DNA of 64,000 nucleotides from Eledone cirrhosa. Its lineage: Eukaryota. The translations under genes were made by a program, and so were the position numbers. Below are positions 26,466 to 41,738 of the stretch, piece by piece (position 1 is the first letter of the stretch; each line of letters opens with the position of its first letter). Location of the stretch: the NCBI GenBank assembly GCA_964016885.1, contig OZ024747.1:4464001-4528000 (forward strand). The letters are read 5' to 3'. The notes beneath the pieces were generated by a model that was not told where the DNA came from, ran no database searches, and was given only the letters and a program-made list of their open reading frames with translations.

Positions 26466-27954
26466 CAAAGAAACAATAATAATGCATAATATTCTATTTA
26501 TCAATTTCAACATTGTTTTTGGTTTGTAGCGAGTTGTAAGAATGAAATATGAGGAGTTATTCATAGAAACAGTTAACACTAGCTGAATAATAATTTTAAA
26601 TAAAGAAAATGGTGGTGGGGGCTGTTTTGTTTGCTTAATTTGTATAATACCAAAGTGTCACTTGTGAGCAAAAAATTGTAATAGTTTGTTGTTCAGGAAC
26701 AGCAGAGTAAGACAAAGAAAAACATAAAAATTGTAACTAAAAAAAGGCATAATTAGTTTTGGTTAAAATATTTATAGATATAATTAACAGAAGGAAAATA
26801 ATTTTTGGACAATATGTGCGAGTGTGTTTCTATGTATGTATGTATGTATACATATGTATGTGTGTTTGTGTGTAATATGTATATAAATATATGTATATAT
26901 ATATTCTGAAAGTGCATCTGTATGCCTGTATGCTGGTTTGTTGTAGAAAGATTGTAAAAGCAATTTTTAATAATACAGTTTAGAATTTTGCTTCACATCT
27001 CTCTCATTTCATTTTATAGATTTTGGTGTTCATGTTGGCTTCATTTTACAACTTACTTTTGTTTTATTTTTACAAATTACCTGAACATAGCCATTCATAA
27101 TGACAATTATTTTCCATATATATATGCATATGTATTTATATGTATGTATGTACATATATGTATGCATATATATATATGCATATATATATATATATATGTG
27201 TTTATATATGTATATGCATATATATATATATATATAGGCCCAATGCCTAGACAAGCATCATTCCTGCCCAAGGTTTTTCTAATTTTTATCATATTTCTTT
27301 TGAATTTGTATCTCAACAAATTATTATTATACTAATAATATTTCATATTTGTTCAATTTTTTTTTTAACTTTGCAACATGAAACATTCCTTAAAAATGAA
27401 GAAAAATAAATTACAGTAAATGAAAAATAAACCAAAAAAAATATAAAACCCTCGGAAGTTTTTGAATTCCAAGGGTTCAGATATAAAAGAAAGAAAGAAA
27501 GGAAAAGTAAAAATATAAACAACAAAACAAAGGATGCAAGACTCTATCCTCTCTCAACCTGATATTGAACCTTCTTAGCCAAATCTGACTGTTCAAGACA
27601 TATGATGTCTTAACCCCTGCCCTCCCACTTCGCCCTCCTCTCAAACAACTTCATTTCCTCTAGCATTTATTCTTTATTAATAAAAATGTTTTTCAGAACA
27701 ACTAAAATCTATCTTTGAATTTTTTTTATATTTTCTTTCTTTGATGTTTCTGCTGTTCCTGAATGTGTTTTATTGTGGTAATAACAAAATGGAGGTTGTT
27801 ATGACCACTGTGAGTCTAAAGATTCATCTTTATTACAGGTAGTTACCATTCTTTCAAGGTAAAACATGATCAGAATTGGAAAGGTGTCTAAATATATATC
27901 TGGCCAGCCTCAACTATCAGTACAGATATCATGCTGCACACACACACAACACCA

Positions 27955-28175
27955 TTATTCGCCCTCACCTGAGCTATGCCAGGTGAGACTTGGAAGAGAG
28001 TATGACAGAGATCAGTAGAAAGCTGAATATATTCCATCAAAGGTTCCTCAGAATGGTTATAAAGGTCAACAATAAGACTGGGTTACTACTGAAGAGATCC
28101 TAAGGAGAGCAAAGTTACGACTGCTACCAGAGATAACTATGCCACAACATCTCCACCTAACTTGACACACTCTCC
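27955..28175 (+). mobile_element. Decayed RTE-like RT C-terminal fragment
   Basis: SYA..ETW ... SRKLNIFHQRFLRMVIKV ... DWVTTEEILRRAK. Confidence 0.65.
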
Positions 28176-29282
28176 TCTATCCAATCCCTGGAACTGTTAT
28201 AAATATATTTGTTGAATTACCAACAAATTCAATATCCCTTTGCTTATATATATATATAACAAAGAGGGTGTGGTAAGACACAAGGTGGATCTAGCTGTTG
28301 AAATGGCCGGAGCTTGGCCATCAGGGCCATGACTCTTTTCCTATATATATATATATATATATAAAATGTATATAATGTTGTAGTTTGCTTGAAGCATTGT
28401 ATATAATATAGAAAGTGATATATATAAGAAGGATAAACAATTCAAGATGGATGGTAAGATGAAGGCAAGAAAAAGGTTAGTTACCTGATAATCTTTGTTT
28501 TTGTTTTATTTTGTTGTTTCTTCCATCCTAATATTTTGGGACTTTAATTCCCTTTGTCAGAGTATAAAGAATTCTCACAGAAAAAAAAAACAAAAAAAAA
28601 ACGTTCCCGTCTGTTCAAAGTAAATAGACTGGAACATTCTAGGATCAAAGAAACAATCAAGGAGATGAAAAATGGTAAGCATATTATTTTACTACTGAAA
28701 TGCCAACCTAGTGAAAGATTGGTTTGCTTTCTGGCTAAAACTAACCTAGATTTTGTCTTGTGGCTACATACATCATTAAATTTCTCCATCATGTGAGATC
28801 TCTACAAGAATTTGGAGTCTACAAATGAACGAAGTGGTTTGGAAGTTTAACCAATCAATGAAAGAAAAAATATTTGGATGAATTCCAGAGAGCAATATTC
28901 TGTGCAAAAGTCCATGTCAGTATATAATTTCATATGTCCTGCAAGACTGGAGTTCACCTATTAAGTAAGTAAGATTATATTTTTCTGCTTCAGTTTCTTC
29001 TGCTTAGCTTCATTTCATTTTTGCATTTGTTTTTGTTTTTTCTTTTTCTTTTTCTTTTTCTTTTTCTTTTTCTTTTTCTTTTTCTTTTTCTTTTTCTTTT
29101 TCGTTTCTCCTCTTTATGACTTTCATGTATATATAGTTGTATATATATATACATACTCAAGACACAGCAAAATAAAAACACACACAGAGACACACACATA
29201 TCTTTACACATATATATATATATATATATTTACATCATCATCATCGTTTTTACGTCTGCTTTTCAATGCTTGCATGGGTTGG

Positions 29283-29316
<34 letters not shown>

Positions 29317-29419
29317 ATATATATATATGTATGTATATATATATATATATGAATGTATGTACATATATATATATATATATATGAATGTATGTATATATAT
29401 ATGTATGTATATATATATG

Positions 29420-29452
<33 letters not shown>

Positions 29453-29469
29453 GTATGTATATATATATG

Positions 29470-29500
<31 letters not shown>

Positions 29501-29525
29501 ATATATATGTATGTATATATATATG

Positions 29526-29563
<38 letters not shown>

Positions 29564-29599
29564 TGTATATATATATATGTGTATATATATATATGTATG

Positions 29600-29632
<33 letters not shown>

Positions 29633-29755
29633 GTATGCATATATATATATATATATGTATGTATATATATATATGTATGTATATATATATACATATGTAT
29701 GTATATATCATCATCATCATCATATATATATATCATCATCATCATCATCATCATC
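29283..29755. repeat. (TA)n/(TATG)n and (CAT)n microsatellites
   Basis: Direct reading. Confidence 0.95.
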
Positions 29756-30318
29756 GTTTAACGTCCGTGTTCCATGCTTGCATGGGTTTGGACGGAGGGT
29801 TTTCCCACTTGAGGCAAGAGTGGTTATCTTGCTCGCATAGGACTGTCTGGCGGGTTTTCTACAGCTGGATGCCCTTCCTAACACCAACCACATTTACAGT
29901 GTGGGGCTGGGAGATTTTTACCGTGTTGCCTACACGGCCACATTACAGCGTGAACTGTGTGTTTTTTTGACGTGACACCTACATGATCTCATTTGTTTCG
30001 GCCTGGATGTTGTGGCACCAACATAACTTTACATCGAAAGGGGCGGTGTGGATGGGGTGGGGGTGGTGGGACGGGGGTGTATTTTGTTAGAGATGCCTAC
30101 TGACTGTAGTAGGTTTTACTTTGTATTTAGGTAAGGCGGGTCTTCTCTATTACTGAGTACCGCCAAAGGTCTCGGTCCAGTGACATTGTCTTGGTGAGGT
30201 GTAAGTGTGTGAGGTCGGAATTTATCAGCTCGTCCCAGGTTTTTCTGGGTCTGCCTATACCGTGGCTACCGTTTATCTTTATTGCCCTGCACTTTGTTAT
30301 ACAGCTATCGTCCATGTA
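29755..30318 (-). mobile_element. RTE-clade LINE 3' end (RT C-terminus plus long 3' UTR)
   Basis: MDDSCITKCRAIKINGSHGIGRPRKTWDELI..DRDLWR, then the GGAAGGGCATCCAGCTGTAGAAA tail ending GGACGTTAAACGATGATG. Confidence 0.8.
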
Positions 30319-30361
30319 TGTATATATATATATACATATATATGTATATATATATATATAA

Positions 30362-32046
30362 ATGTAACTTTGAATAACTTTGAAATGTTTTGGCCAGTAT
30401 TGGCCCAGGCCATGTCTAACTTAATAGCACCACCTGGCGAAGTCTTTCAATTCAGGATTTGGGCACCATGGCCCATTCGAGAAGAGAATTACTGTTTGCG
30501 GAGACATATCCGGGTGTGGGTGGTTTGTCCGGGATTACTTGGAGGAATTTGTCCAAAGACTTCTTGAATTTTGTGTGGTCAGTTTCTGTTTTGACGTGTC
30601 CTGGTGTGATGTTGAAGAGAGCAGGGCCGATTGAGGTGAAATAATTGTGCCGTATTGTTGTTATGAGTTGCGATTTAGATTATTGAATGGGACGGATAGC
30701 ACGGGGCCCAAGCCTTGGGTGTATCTTGAAGGCGATGCCAACATCATTTGGGCAGTGATGATGGAACATTTTCCACATCATGCAGATAATATAACGCTCA
30801 CGGCGACGTTGGAGTGAGTAAAGTTTCAGGTTTTCTAGTCGACCCCAGTAGTCAAGGTCTGACATGCCATCTATCTTTTTCGTGATTGCCCTTTGAGGAG
30901 CTTCAAGTTTCATGATACTTTGTTTCGTGTGGGGAGACCACAGTGGACAACAGTATTCAAGGTGTGGTCGGGCAAAAGTAGAGAAGAGAAGGATAATGGT
31001 GTGGGAATCTCTCGACTGGAAGGTTTTGAGGATCCAGGAACACATTCTGCGGGCCATGTCATCTTTGCTGTTCATATGCGTGGCCCAGCTTATGTTGCTG
31101 TCCACGGTTACTCCCAAGTCTCTGATGTTGTTAGATGCCATGAGAGTTTCCCCGGAGGGAAGGGAGTACGGGAGTTTCAGAGCATCCTCTTTTCCAAAGT
31201 GGATCAGTTCGAATTTGTCTTCGTTCAGTAACATGTTGTTCTTTTCCGCCCATTGGGTAACAGCCAGTAGGTCTGACTGAAGGCTTATCCGGTCATCCAC
31301 GCCATTGATGACCTTTTGGAGCTTGGAATCATCAGCGAAAATTTTAACGTTGCTGTGTTTGATGATGTCGGTGATGTCATTAATATAGATGATGAAGAGA
31401 AGTGGGCCCAACACAGTGCCTTGTGGGACCCCACTACTGACTTTGGCTGGGCTGGATTTGACTCCTTCAACTACAACATCTTGGGTTCTATTTGACAGGA
31501 AGCTCTTGATCCACTGCAGCAGCTTTCCAGTGACACCAATATTGGACAGCTTTCTCAGTAGAATGTTATGATCAACCCTGTCAAAGGCCTTGCTGAAATC
31601 AAGGTAGATAACATCAGTGTTGGCACCCTCTCCCAAGGCTCTCAAAATGTCATCAAAGTGATGCAGTAGCTGCGTCAGGCAATCCCTTCCATTACGGAAT
31701 CCATACTGGTTGGAGTTCAGCATATTGTTACTCTCAAGGAAGTGGGTCATTCGCGATCTCACCACTCTCTCAAATACCTTAATGATATGAGAGGTGAGTG
31801 AGATTGGACGGTAATTCACGGCAAGGGATTTGTTTCCCTTTTTGAAAACTGGGACAACAGACTGGGATAGAAGGTTTTCTGGCACATATCCAGCATCCAG
31901 TGAGTTCCGCCACAGATTGGCAAGAGGAGATGCAAGTTGGTGTTGACACGCTTTAAAGACACAAGCAGGGAACCTATCGGGACCTACTGCTGAATTATGC
32001 TTGATTTCCTTTATTGCCACTAAGACATCAGGGGCGCCAAACGTTA
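30362..32046 (-). mobile_element. 5'-truncated CR1-group LINE with near-intact reverse transcriptase
   Basis: [53 protein letters not shown]; one in-frame stop at ~30680, after which the frame continues to 30452; inserted in (TA)n. Confidence 0.92.
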
Positions 32047-33581
<1,535 letters not shown>

Positions 33582-34076
33582 TATACTCATATATATACCA
33601 TGTCTCAAGTATGGAAGATGAAGCATGCATTATGCTGGTTTGGACATATCTCTGATCAAATAAAAGCTACAGAGAAATACAAACGAAGTAGGTCTAGCGT
33701 ATTGGGATAGAAGAAGCATTATAGCTCAAAATAAGGACATAAAAGACACCGATAAATTTAAATGTTATTCATACACATACACACTTACATGTGCACACAT
33801 AATTAGATAAATATAGACACACATATATGCACAGACACTCCGACACACACGCACCTATGCACACAACACAAACAAACACACACATAGACACACAACATGG
33901 ACAAACACACACTCTGAGACATACACACATGCACAAAGAAACGAACTAAAATGTGAATTTCTGTTTCAACAAGCAGATACTTCTAATAACTTATATATAT
34001 ATATACTTGATTTTGTGAATGTTTGTACACTTTGAAAACACAGATAATAAACATACATACATATATATACATATAC

Positions 34077-34385
34077 ATGGCTTAGTGGTTAGAGCATTGG
34101 CCTTGCAATCAAAAGGTTGTGATTTCAATTCTCAGACCAGGTGATGTGTTGTTTCCTTGAGCAAGACACTTTATTTCACATTGCTCCAGTTTACTCAGCT
34201 GTAGAAATGAGATGATAGGGACTGGGGTCTGTAAAGTGGTCGTGGAGGTGCCACGGTAAAAAAAAGCACCCAACACTCACTGTAAATGAGGTTGGTGTTA
34301 GGAAGGGCATCCAGCTGTAGAAATCAAGCCAGAATCAGTTCCCGTCCCACCCTTGCAAGCAGGGAAAAAGTGGACGTAAAATGAA
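34077..34385 (+). mobile_element. Family-C SINE (tRNA head, CORE-like body, RTE-shared tail)
   Basis: Homologous to 47293-47690. Confidence 0.85.
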
Positions 34386-34419
34386 ATGATAAAATGATGA
34401 TAAATATATATATATATAT

Positions 34420-34680
34420 ACCATCATCATCGCCGTTTTCACGTCCACTTACATGGGTTGGTCGGGTCCTTCTCAGCATGGCATCTCTCCACACATTGCA
34501 TTCCTTTGTCATTGCCTCTGTGAGTCTCAGTGATTTGAGGTCAGGTCTCACAACCCTTGCTCGGGTCTTTCTTCGTCTCTCTCTACCGTGACTTCCTTCC
34601 ACTGGCACTTCTTCACCCAATGATCTTGGTCCATGCACATCACATGTCCAAACCAACACAGCTGTCTTGTCTGGTGCTTG
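34420..34680 (-). mobile_element. RTE-clade LINE 3' end with a short tail
   Basis: VEGSHGRERRRKT..DLKSLRLTEAMTKECNVWRDA, then ACCCATGTAAGTGGACG..GATGATG. Confidence 0.7.
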
Positions 34681-34875
34681 TATAGTATTGTCTTAATACA
34701 CAGAATCTTGGATCCCCTCAGAATCATTTCCTAGATTCTACAAATATTATCTGACATTCAGAATATATCTTAAACATCTCTGATGAAAGTGCTTAAGAAG
34801 TTTTACACAATAATTATCAAGAACCCCTATTTCACAGAAGTAATGAAAAGAAGTTAATATACATGCACTATATAT

Positions 34876-35045
34876 AGGAAAATAGTCAGGACCCCGACGG
34901 CAGAGCTCAAGCCGTTTCGACGGCTATTTCTGGAGTTCTGCCGTCGGGGTCCTGAACCTTTTGCTATTACCCACTCTACTACCCAAAGTATCAAGTACTC
35001 TGGTGCGTTATTGTCCACCTGGTTCCTAACCACACTTCCTTCATT
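34876..35045 (+). mobile_element. Fold-back element, family F (hammerhead 3' half)
   Basis: Imperfect palindrome at 34886-34955; tail homologous to 47750-47843. Confidence 0.8.
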
Positions 35046-35463
35046 ATATATATATATATAATAATAATGATAATATTGTGTACAGTGCTCAGGTGCACTA
35101 CAACTCATCAAAAGTGTATGTCTAGTACATAGGGTAATGTACAAACGTCAGGAAAATGAACAGTGCATGAGTCATGATATACACATGTGTGCATGTGTAT
35201 GGAAGGGGGACATCAGGTGTAGTTATATATATGTTCATATATATGTGTGTGTGTGTGTGTGTGTGTATTATAAAGAGTCAGAACCCGACAACAGAACTCT
35301 TGTTGTTTCAACAGCAAAGTTAATAATATAACCATGCTCTACTACCCCAAGTATCGAGTACTCTGTAATGGTCTAACCAGTTTCAAACTTAATCCATCCT
35401 GATTTATGTGTATATACATATATATGTATATAACTCATCTATCTGTCTGTCTATCTATGTGTT

Positions 35464-35965
35464 ATGACTATGGTGAAAGGGGTTATATGGTGGACTAGGT
35501 TAAAAGGGCTGAGGTCAGACACCTTTCTCTCTGGCGAGCAACTGATTTGTTTTTTCAAATATCATTTTGGAAGAAGAATCAGGATGGAGAGAGAGGTGCT
35601 GTACCCCAGGATGGAGAGAGAGGTGCTGTACCCCAGGATGGAGAGAGAGGTGCTGTACCCCAGCAAGTTTTATGAAAGGTGGGTGAATGTGGCAAAGATG
35701 GCCCGAGTGGTTGGGCCTTCTCTCTATATAAGCCTGTAGGTTGAGGAAAGAGAGGAAGGGAGTACTAACTCTTGGGGCTCCTGGAGATGAGGGTTGTACA
35801 TTTTTTCGGGGTGTGTACAATCCTGTGTAACACCTACCCCCTATTGGGGATATCAATTGTTATTTGTTATTTTATTAATAGTTTTATTTTCATATACCTG
35901 TATGTAAACTCCCCATTTGTATTTGTCCCCTTCTTTTGTGCCCTTGTGGCTAATAAAGAAATTTA
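35464..35965 (+). mobile_element. Tx1/L1-like LINE ORF2 C-terminus and 3' UTR
   Basis: KGVIWWTRLKG..FFKYHF..ERE..FYERW; 30-bp internal triplication; ends GCCCTTGTGGCTAATAAAGAAAT. Confidence 0.65.
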
Positions 35966-36250
35966 TCTATCTATCCTCTTCAATTCTATACTCTATACTC
36001 TACAATACCCCAACAAACTATGTTAGCTAAATATACCAACATTTCTCCCCTTCTCCTCTCCTACATTTGGTTTTTTTCTTGTTTTTGTTTGTTTTATTTG
36101 TTTTAGTATTTTCCAATTTATCTTCGGGATTTGGATTCTTTGAATGATTTCAATGAAGGCTCAGGAAAAACTTGATCAATACATGATTTTCAATAGGATC
36201 CACTCCCCACCCCCATGCTCAGTCGGTTGGAAAGAAAATTATATATATAG

Positions 36251-36307
<57 letters not shown>

Positions 36308-37004
36308 ATATATATATATGTATATATGTATATACATTTATATCATCATCACCATTTTACATCCGTTCTTCCACGCTAGCATGGGTTAGACGTATATATA
36401 TATATACATATATACATATATGCACACACACATATATATATGTATGTATATATATATATATATATACACACACAAACACACACACGCATATATATATGTA
36501 TATATACGTGCATGTATATAAAACAGAAAAAATCTGGAAAAAAATGTTTAAAAAAAAGCTAATAATCATTCTAAATTGTAAGAAAACATCATTGCTTTCT
36601 AGAATAGATGTAGAGGCTTCTGTTGGTGTGGAAAGTCATCTAATGAGGAGGGTTCCCTCAATGACCACCACCACAGAGAGAGAGACATTACTAAACTGTG
36701 AGACAAAACTATGTAAAAGAACATTCCTTTGAGTGGGAGTGCATTCTGAGTTTCAAGATTTCCTGACCAGTGTATGGGTGGGTGGGTTGAACAGAGTGGG
36801 GATGTGTAGTAGAGGGTGGTAGGTGGTAGAGGGTGGTGGCGTAGTAGAGGGTGGTAGGGTAGGTAGGAGGTTTGATTGTATGTGTGGGTGGTTGTGGTAA
36901 ATGGTGGCTGAGAATGTGACCAAAAAATAAAAGACAGGCAGAAAGACAGATAGAACAGATCTCATTCAGTATTTCATTGTAATGTTGAAGATATTGCTGC
37001 TGAA

Positions 37005-37540
37005 GTGGTTGTGTTGGTGGTAGTGTTGGAGCTAGTATTGGTTGTGGTGGTAGTGTTGGAGCTAGTATTGGTTGTGGTGGTAGTGTTGGAGCTAGTATTG
37101 GTTGTGGTGGTAGTGTTGGAGCTAGTATTGGTTGTGGTGGTAGTGTTGGATCTAGTATTGGTTGTGGTGGTAGTGTTGGAGCTAGTATTGGTTGTGGTAG
37201 TAGTGTTGGAGCTAGTATTGGTTGTGGTGGTAGTGTTGGAGCTAGTATTGGTTGTGGTAGTAGTGTTGGATCTAGTATTGGTTGTGGTAGTAGTGTTGGA
37301 GCTAGTATTGGTTGTGGTGGTAGTGTTGGAGCTAGTATTGGTTGTGGTGGTAGTGTTGGAGCTAGTATTGGTTGTGGTGGTAGTGTTGGAGCTAGTATTG
37401 GTTGTGGTGGTAGTGTTGGAGCTAGTATTGGTTGTGGTAGTAGTGTTGGAGCTAGTATTGGTTGTGGTGGTAGTGTTGGTAGTGTTGGAGCTAGTATTGG
37501 TTGTGGTGGTAGTGTTGGAGCTAGTATTTGTTGTGGTGGT
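37005..37540. repeat. 30-bp minisatellite, ~17 copies
   Basis: Unit GGTGGTAGTGTTGGAGCTAGTATTGGTTGT. Confidence 0.95.
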
Positions 37541-37569
37541 AGTAGTAGTAGTAATAGTAGTAGTAGTAG

Positions 37570-39045
37570 CACTAACACCACCACAACTAACACTCTAACT
37601 ACCACCACAACTACCACCAACACCACTACCACCAACACCAACACCTACCACCACAACTACTACCAACACCACCAACTACCACCACAACTACTACCAACAC
37701 CACCAACTACCACCACAACTACCATCAACACCAACACCACTACAACTACCACCACAACTACCACCACAACTACCACCAACACCACTACCACCAACACCAC
37801 CAAATACCACCACAACTACTACCAACACCACCAACACTACAACTACCACCACAACTACTACCAACACCACCAACTACCACCACAACTACTACCAACACCA
37901 CCAATACCACTACAACTACCACCACAACTACCACCAACACCACCAACTACCACCACAACTACTACCAACACCAACACCACTACTACCACAACTACTACCA
38001 ACACCACTACCACCAACACCACTACAACTACCACCAACACCACTACAACTACCACCACAATTACCACCAACACCACCAACACCAACACCACCAACTACCA
38101 CCACAACTACCACCACAATTACCACCAACACCACCAACACCAACACAACTACCACCACAACTACCACCAACACCACCAACTACCACCACAACTACTACCA
38201 ACACCACCAACACCAACACCACCAACTACCACCACAACTACTACCAACACCACCAACTACCACCACAACTACTACCAACACCACCAATACCACTACAACT
38301 ACCACCAGAACTACCACCAACACCACCAACTACCACCACAACTACTACCAACACCAACACCACTACTACCACAACTACTACCAACACCACTACCACCAAC
38401 ACCACTACAACTACCACCACAACTACCACCAACACCACCAACTACCACCACAACTACTACCAACACCACCAACACCAACACCACCAACTACCACCACAAC
38501 TACCACCAACACCACCAACTACCACCACAACTACTACCAACACCAACACCACTACTACCACAACTACTACCAACACCACTACCACCAACACCACTACAAC
38601 TACCACCACAATTACCACCAACACCACCAACACAACTACCACCACAACTACCACCAACACCACCAACTACCACCACAACTACTACCAACACCACCAACAC
38701 CAACACCACCAACTACCACCACAACTACCACCAACACCACCAACTACCACCACAACTACTACCAACACCAACACCACTACTACCACAACTACTACCAACA
38801 CCACTACCACCAACACCACTACAACTACCACCACAACTACCACCAACACCACCAACTACCACCACAACTACTACCAACACCACCAACACCAACACCACCA
38901 ACTACCACCACAACTACCACCAACTACCACCACAACTACCACCAACACCACCAACACCAACACCACCAACTACCACCACAACTACTACCAACACCACCAA
39001 CACCAACACCACCAACTACCACCACAACTACCACCAACACCACCA
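37570..39045. repeat. (ACC/AAC/ACT)n low-complexity satellite
   Basis: Direct reading. Confidence 0.95.
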
Positions 39046-39943
39046 GTGTCAAGTTAGACATTGAAACATTTTTTTCTTTTTCATTTTTTTTTTCAATATT
39101 TATTTTAGTATATATTTATTTATATTTAAAAAAAATATATTTTGTTATTGCTCTTGTTGTTGTTATGGTTCTACTGTTGTTGTTGTTGTTCTACTGTTGT
39201 TGTTATGGTTCTACTGTTGTTGTTGTTGTTCTACTGTTGTTGTTGTGGTTATCTTTCTGCTTCTAAATTTGTTGTTGTTTTGGGGTTCTATTTTAGTTGT
39301 CATGGTTGTTATTGTAGTTATTGTTGTAGTAGTTGTTGTGGTTATTGTTGTAGCTGTTGTTGTTGTTTTGTTTTTGAAAGAATGGAGCAGGGGAAGTCTT
39401 TCTTTTGTTATTGTTGTTACCATAGAAAAGGGACCAAGGATATAGAAGTGGGTGGTGGTTGGAAGTGGTTCCATGAGATTAGTGGCAATTGGAAGCTGGC
39501 TGGGCTGGGCTGGGCTGAGCTAGGGCTGGGGCTGGACTAGAGCTGGGGCTGGACTAGGGCTGGGCTGGTCTAGGGCTAGGACTGGACAGGGCTGGGGCTA
39601 GGTAGGGCTGAGGCTGGGGATGAGAGTTGGAGACCAAGAAGGATAGAATTAAATAGAAGTAAAGATGATGGAACTGTAGTTGGGGTATGGGGGTGGGAAG
39701 ATATTGTAGTAAATGACTAAGCAAGAGAGAGGGGGGGAAGGGACAAGTAGACAAAGACAGAGGAAAGAATCAATATATATATATGTATGTGTGTATGTGT
39801 GTGTATGTCTGTGTCTGTATGTGTGGTCTATTCATGTGTCTGTATGTATGGTGTGTAATAAAGGGCTGGTATTAATGGTATGCAATATTAACAAAAAAAC
39901 CTTTGAAAATTACCATTGGTGTTTCTAGTAGTAGTAGTAGTAC

Positions 39944-39982
<39 letters not shown>

Positions 39983-40015
39983 CAATGGTGGTGGTGGTAG
40001 TAGTAGTAGTTGTAA

Positions 40016-40046
<31 letters not shown>

Positions 40047-40134
40047 TGTAGTGGTGGTAGTAGTAGTGTATAAACTTTAGCTTTTATTCCCTGATAAGTC
40101 TGGTGTCATGTATGTATATATATATTTTTCATTT

Positions 40135-40280
40135 CATTTCATTTTACGTCCGCTTTTCCTTGCTAGCAAGGGTGGGACAGGAACTGATTCTGGCTTGATT
40201 TCTACAGCTGGATGCCCTTCCTAACACCAACCTCATTTACAGTGAGTGCTGGGTGCTTTTTTGCTGGGTGCTTTTTTGCA
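40135..40280 (-). mobile_element. Family-C SINE/RTE tail fragment
   Basis: Reverse complement of the 34255-34385 tail. Confidence 0.75.
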
Positions 40281-40550
40281 TTGTTACCCTGCGAGATTGA
40301 GTAGTAGTGATATGTCTAATATAACAACTATTACATTTACAAAGTTGGCAGATTTTGTTTTCAAATGCATTTATTCTGTATTATATTGCTTAGTTGATGT
40401 TTATTCTTTGGCTTGTGGAGCTTGCAAACTACAATGGAGTTGAATTACAATTTAGTTTATAATAATACATTCAATCTTTTGTTCATACTGGTACACAGGT
40501 TCAAAATGTTGTCATTAAGCCCAACAATCTTCATTTGTGCTTTTAAAGTA

Positions 40551-41072
40551 CAGTGTGATCTGAAAGACTTGTCACCCCTTGTCACATTTTGTTTTAATAA
40601 TATAATATATAATTGTTTCTAGTTTTGGCACAAGGCCAGCAATTACCCAGTGCATTACTGGTACTTTATTTTATCGACCCCATAAAGATGAAAGGCAAAG
40701 TTAACCTTGACGGGATTTGAACTCGTAAAGGGACGTAAAGGGACATAACTATGCTAGAAAGCATGGCGTCCGACCCTCTACTGATACTGCCAATCCACCA
40801 CCCTTTAATATATAATATCATTAATTATGATATATAATAATAATAATATAATTTTCTATTTCAGAACTCCTACAGTTTGGAAGTGTGGCTGCTTGCAAGT
40901 GTATGGACACATGATTGTGTGCATTCTGGCAAGAGCATGGAGGATGTGCAACATCACTTCACTGCAAGATTCGGCAAACCAGCTCCTCTGAAGAGGACGG
41001 TACTGCGATGGGAACATAAACTGTTTCTCATTACTTTTTGGTAGGGGGTGACAAGACTTTCGGACCACCCTG
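40551..41072. mobile_element. Tc1/mariner-like non-autonomous element with a nested family-M SINE (40610-40803, -)
   Basis: TA-CAGTGTGATCTGAAAGACTTGTCACCCCT ... AGGGGGTGACAAGACTTTCGGACCACCCTG-TA: imperfect ~29-bp TIRs and TA TSD. Confidence 0.75.
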
Positions 41073-41164
41073 TATTTTAAATGCCCAAACACAATTGTGC
41101 CTATAGTTACACATATGTGGATCTTCACATGCCCACACACATAAACAATTTCTTCATAATGAAG

Positions 41165-41375
41165 AATTAGAAATATGAAAGCAAACAACACAGTACAATG
41201 AAGAAACATATAAGTTTATATATAACTTTATAGACTAGGAAAATTGTCTTTACATTTCAGACACTGGTCCTTCATCAGAAGATAGAAGGAGAAATAAAAG
41301 ATGAAATAGAAAGATAGAGAGTGAGAAGAAAAAGGAAAGAAAAGTGTGTATTCAGTCAGAATTTTGAAGAAAAAT
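41165..41375 (-). mobile_element. Family-A hammerhead element
   Basis: Reverse complement CTTCTGATGAAGGACCAGTGTCTGAAATGTAAAGAC; tail shared with 57605-57825 and 59505-59710. Confidence 0.75.
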
Positions 41376-41680
41376 AATATATATATTACAATGGAACCTT
41401 GGTTTATGAAATTAATTCATTCCTGAAGGCCTTTTGTTTTCCCATATGAAATTTTGAGAGAGAAATACAGAGAGAGAGAGAGACTGTGTTTGAAAGACAG
41501 GTAGATATCACCATCGTAACTAACTACACAGCAAGTGATGCTTTCCCATCAATACTCCCAGCTTGTTGCCAACTGTTGTTGGTAGTTTGCATAAATGCCC
41601 AGGTCTAAATCCAATTCTGTATATATATATTTATATATATATATATGCATAAGGTAAGTATATATGTTCAACAATCTGGG

Positions 41681-41738
41681 AGGAAGGTATACATTGCTGA
41701 CGATAACTAATAAGCTTGAAACTAGTACTGTGTTCCTT
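41681..41738 (+). ncRNA. Candidate minimal type I hammerhead ribozyme
   Basis: ACATTG-CTGACGA-TAACTAATAAGCTT-GAAA-CTAG-TA-CTGTGT; palindromic CTAG stem III; stems I and II imperfect. Confidence 0.6.

Noticed and set aside
28575-28930. Possible transposase or exon fragment
   Set aside because: Multiple stops and no motif convincing enough to name
36709-37644. 311-aa PPQPILAPTL-repeat ORF
   Set aside because: Arises from a 30-bp minisatellite that is open on both strands
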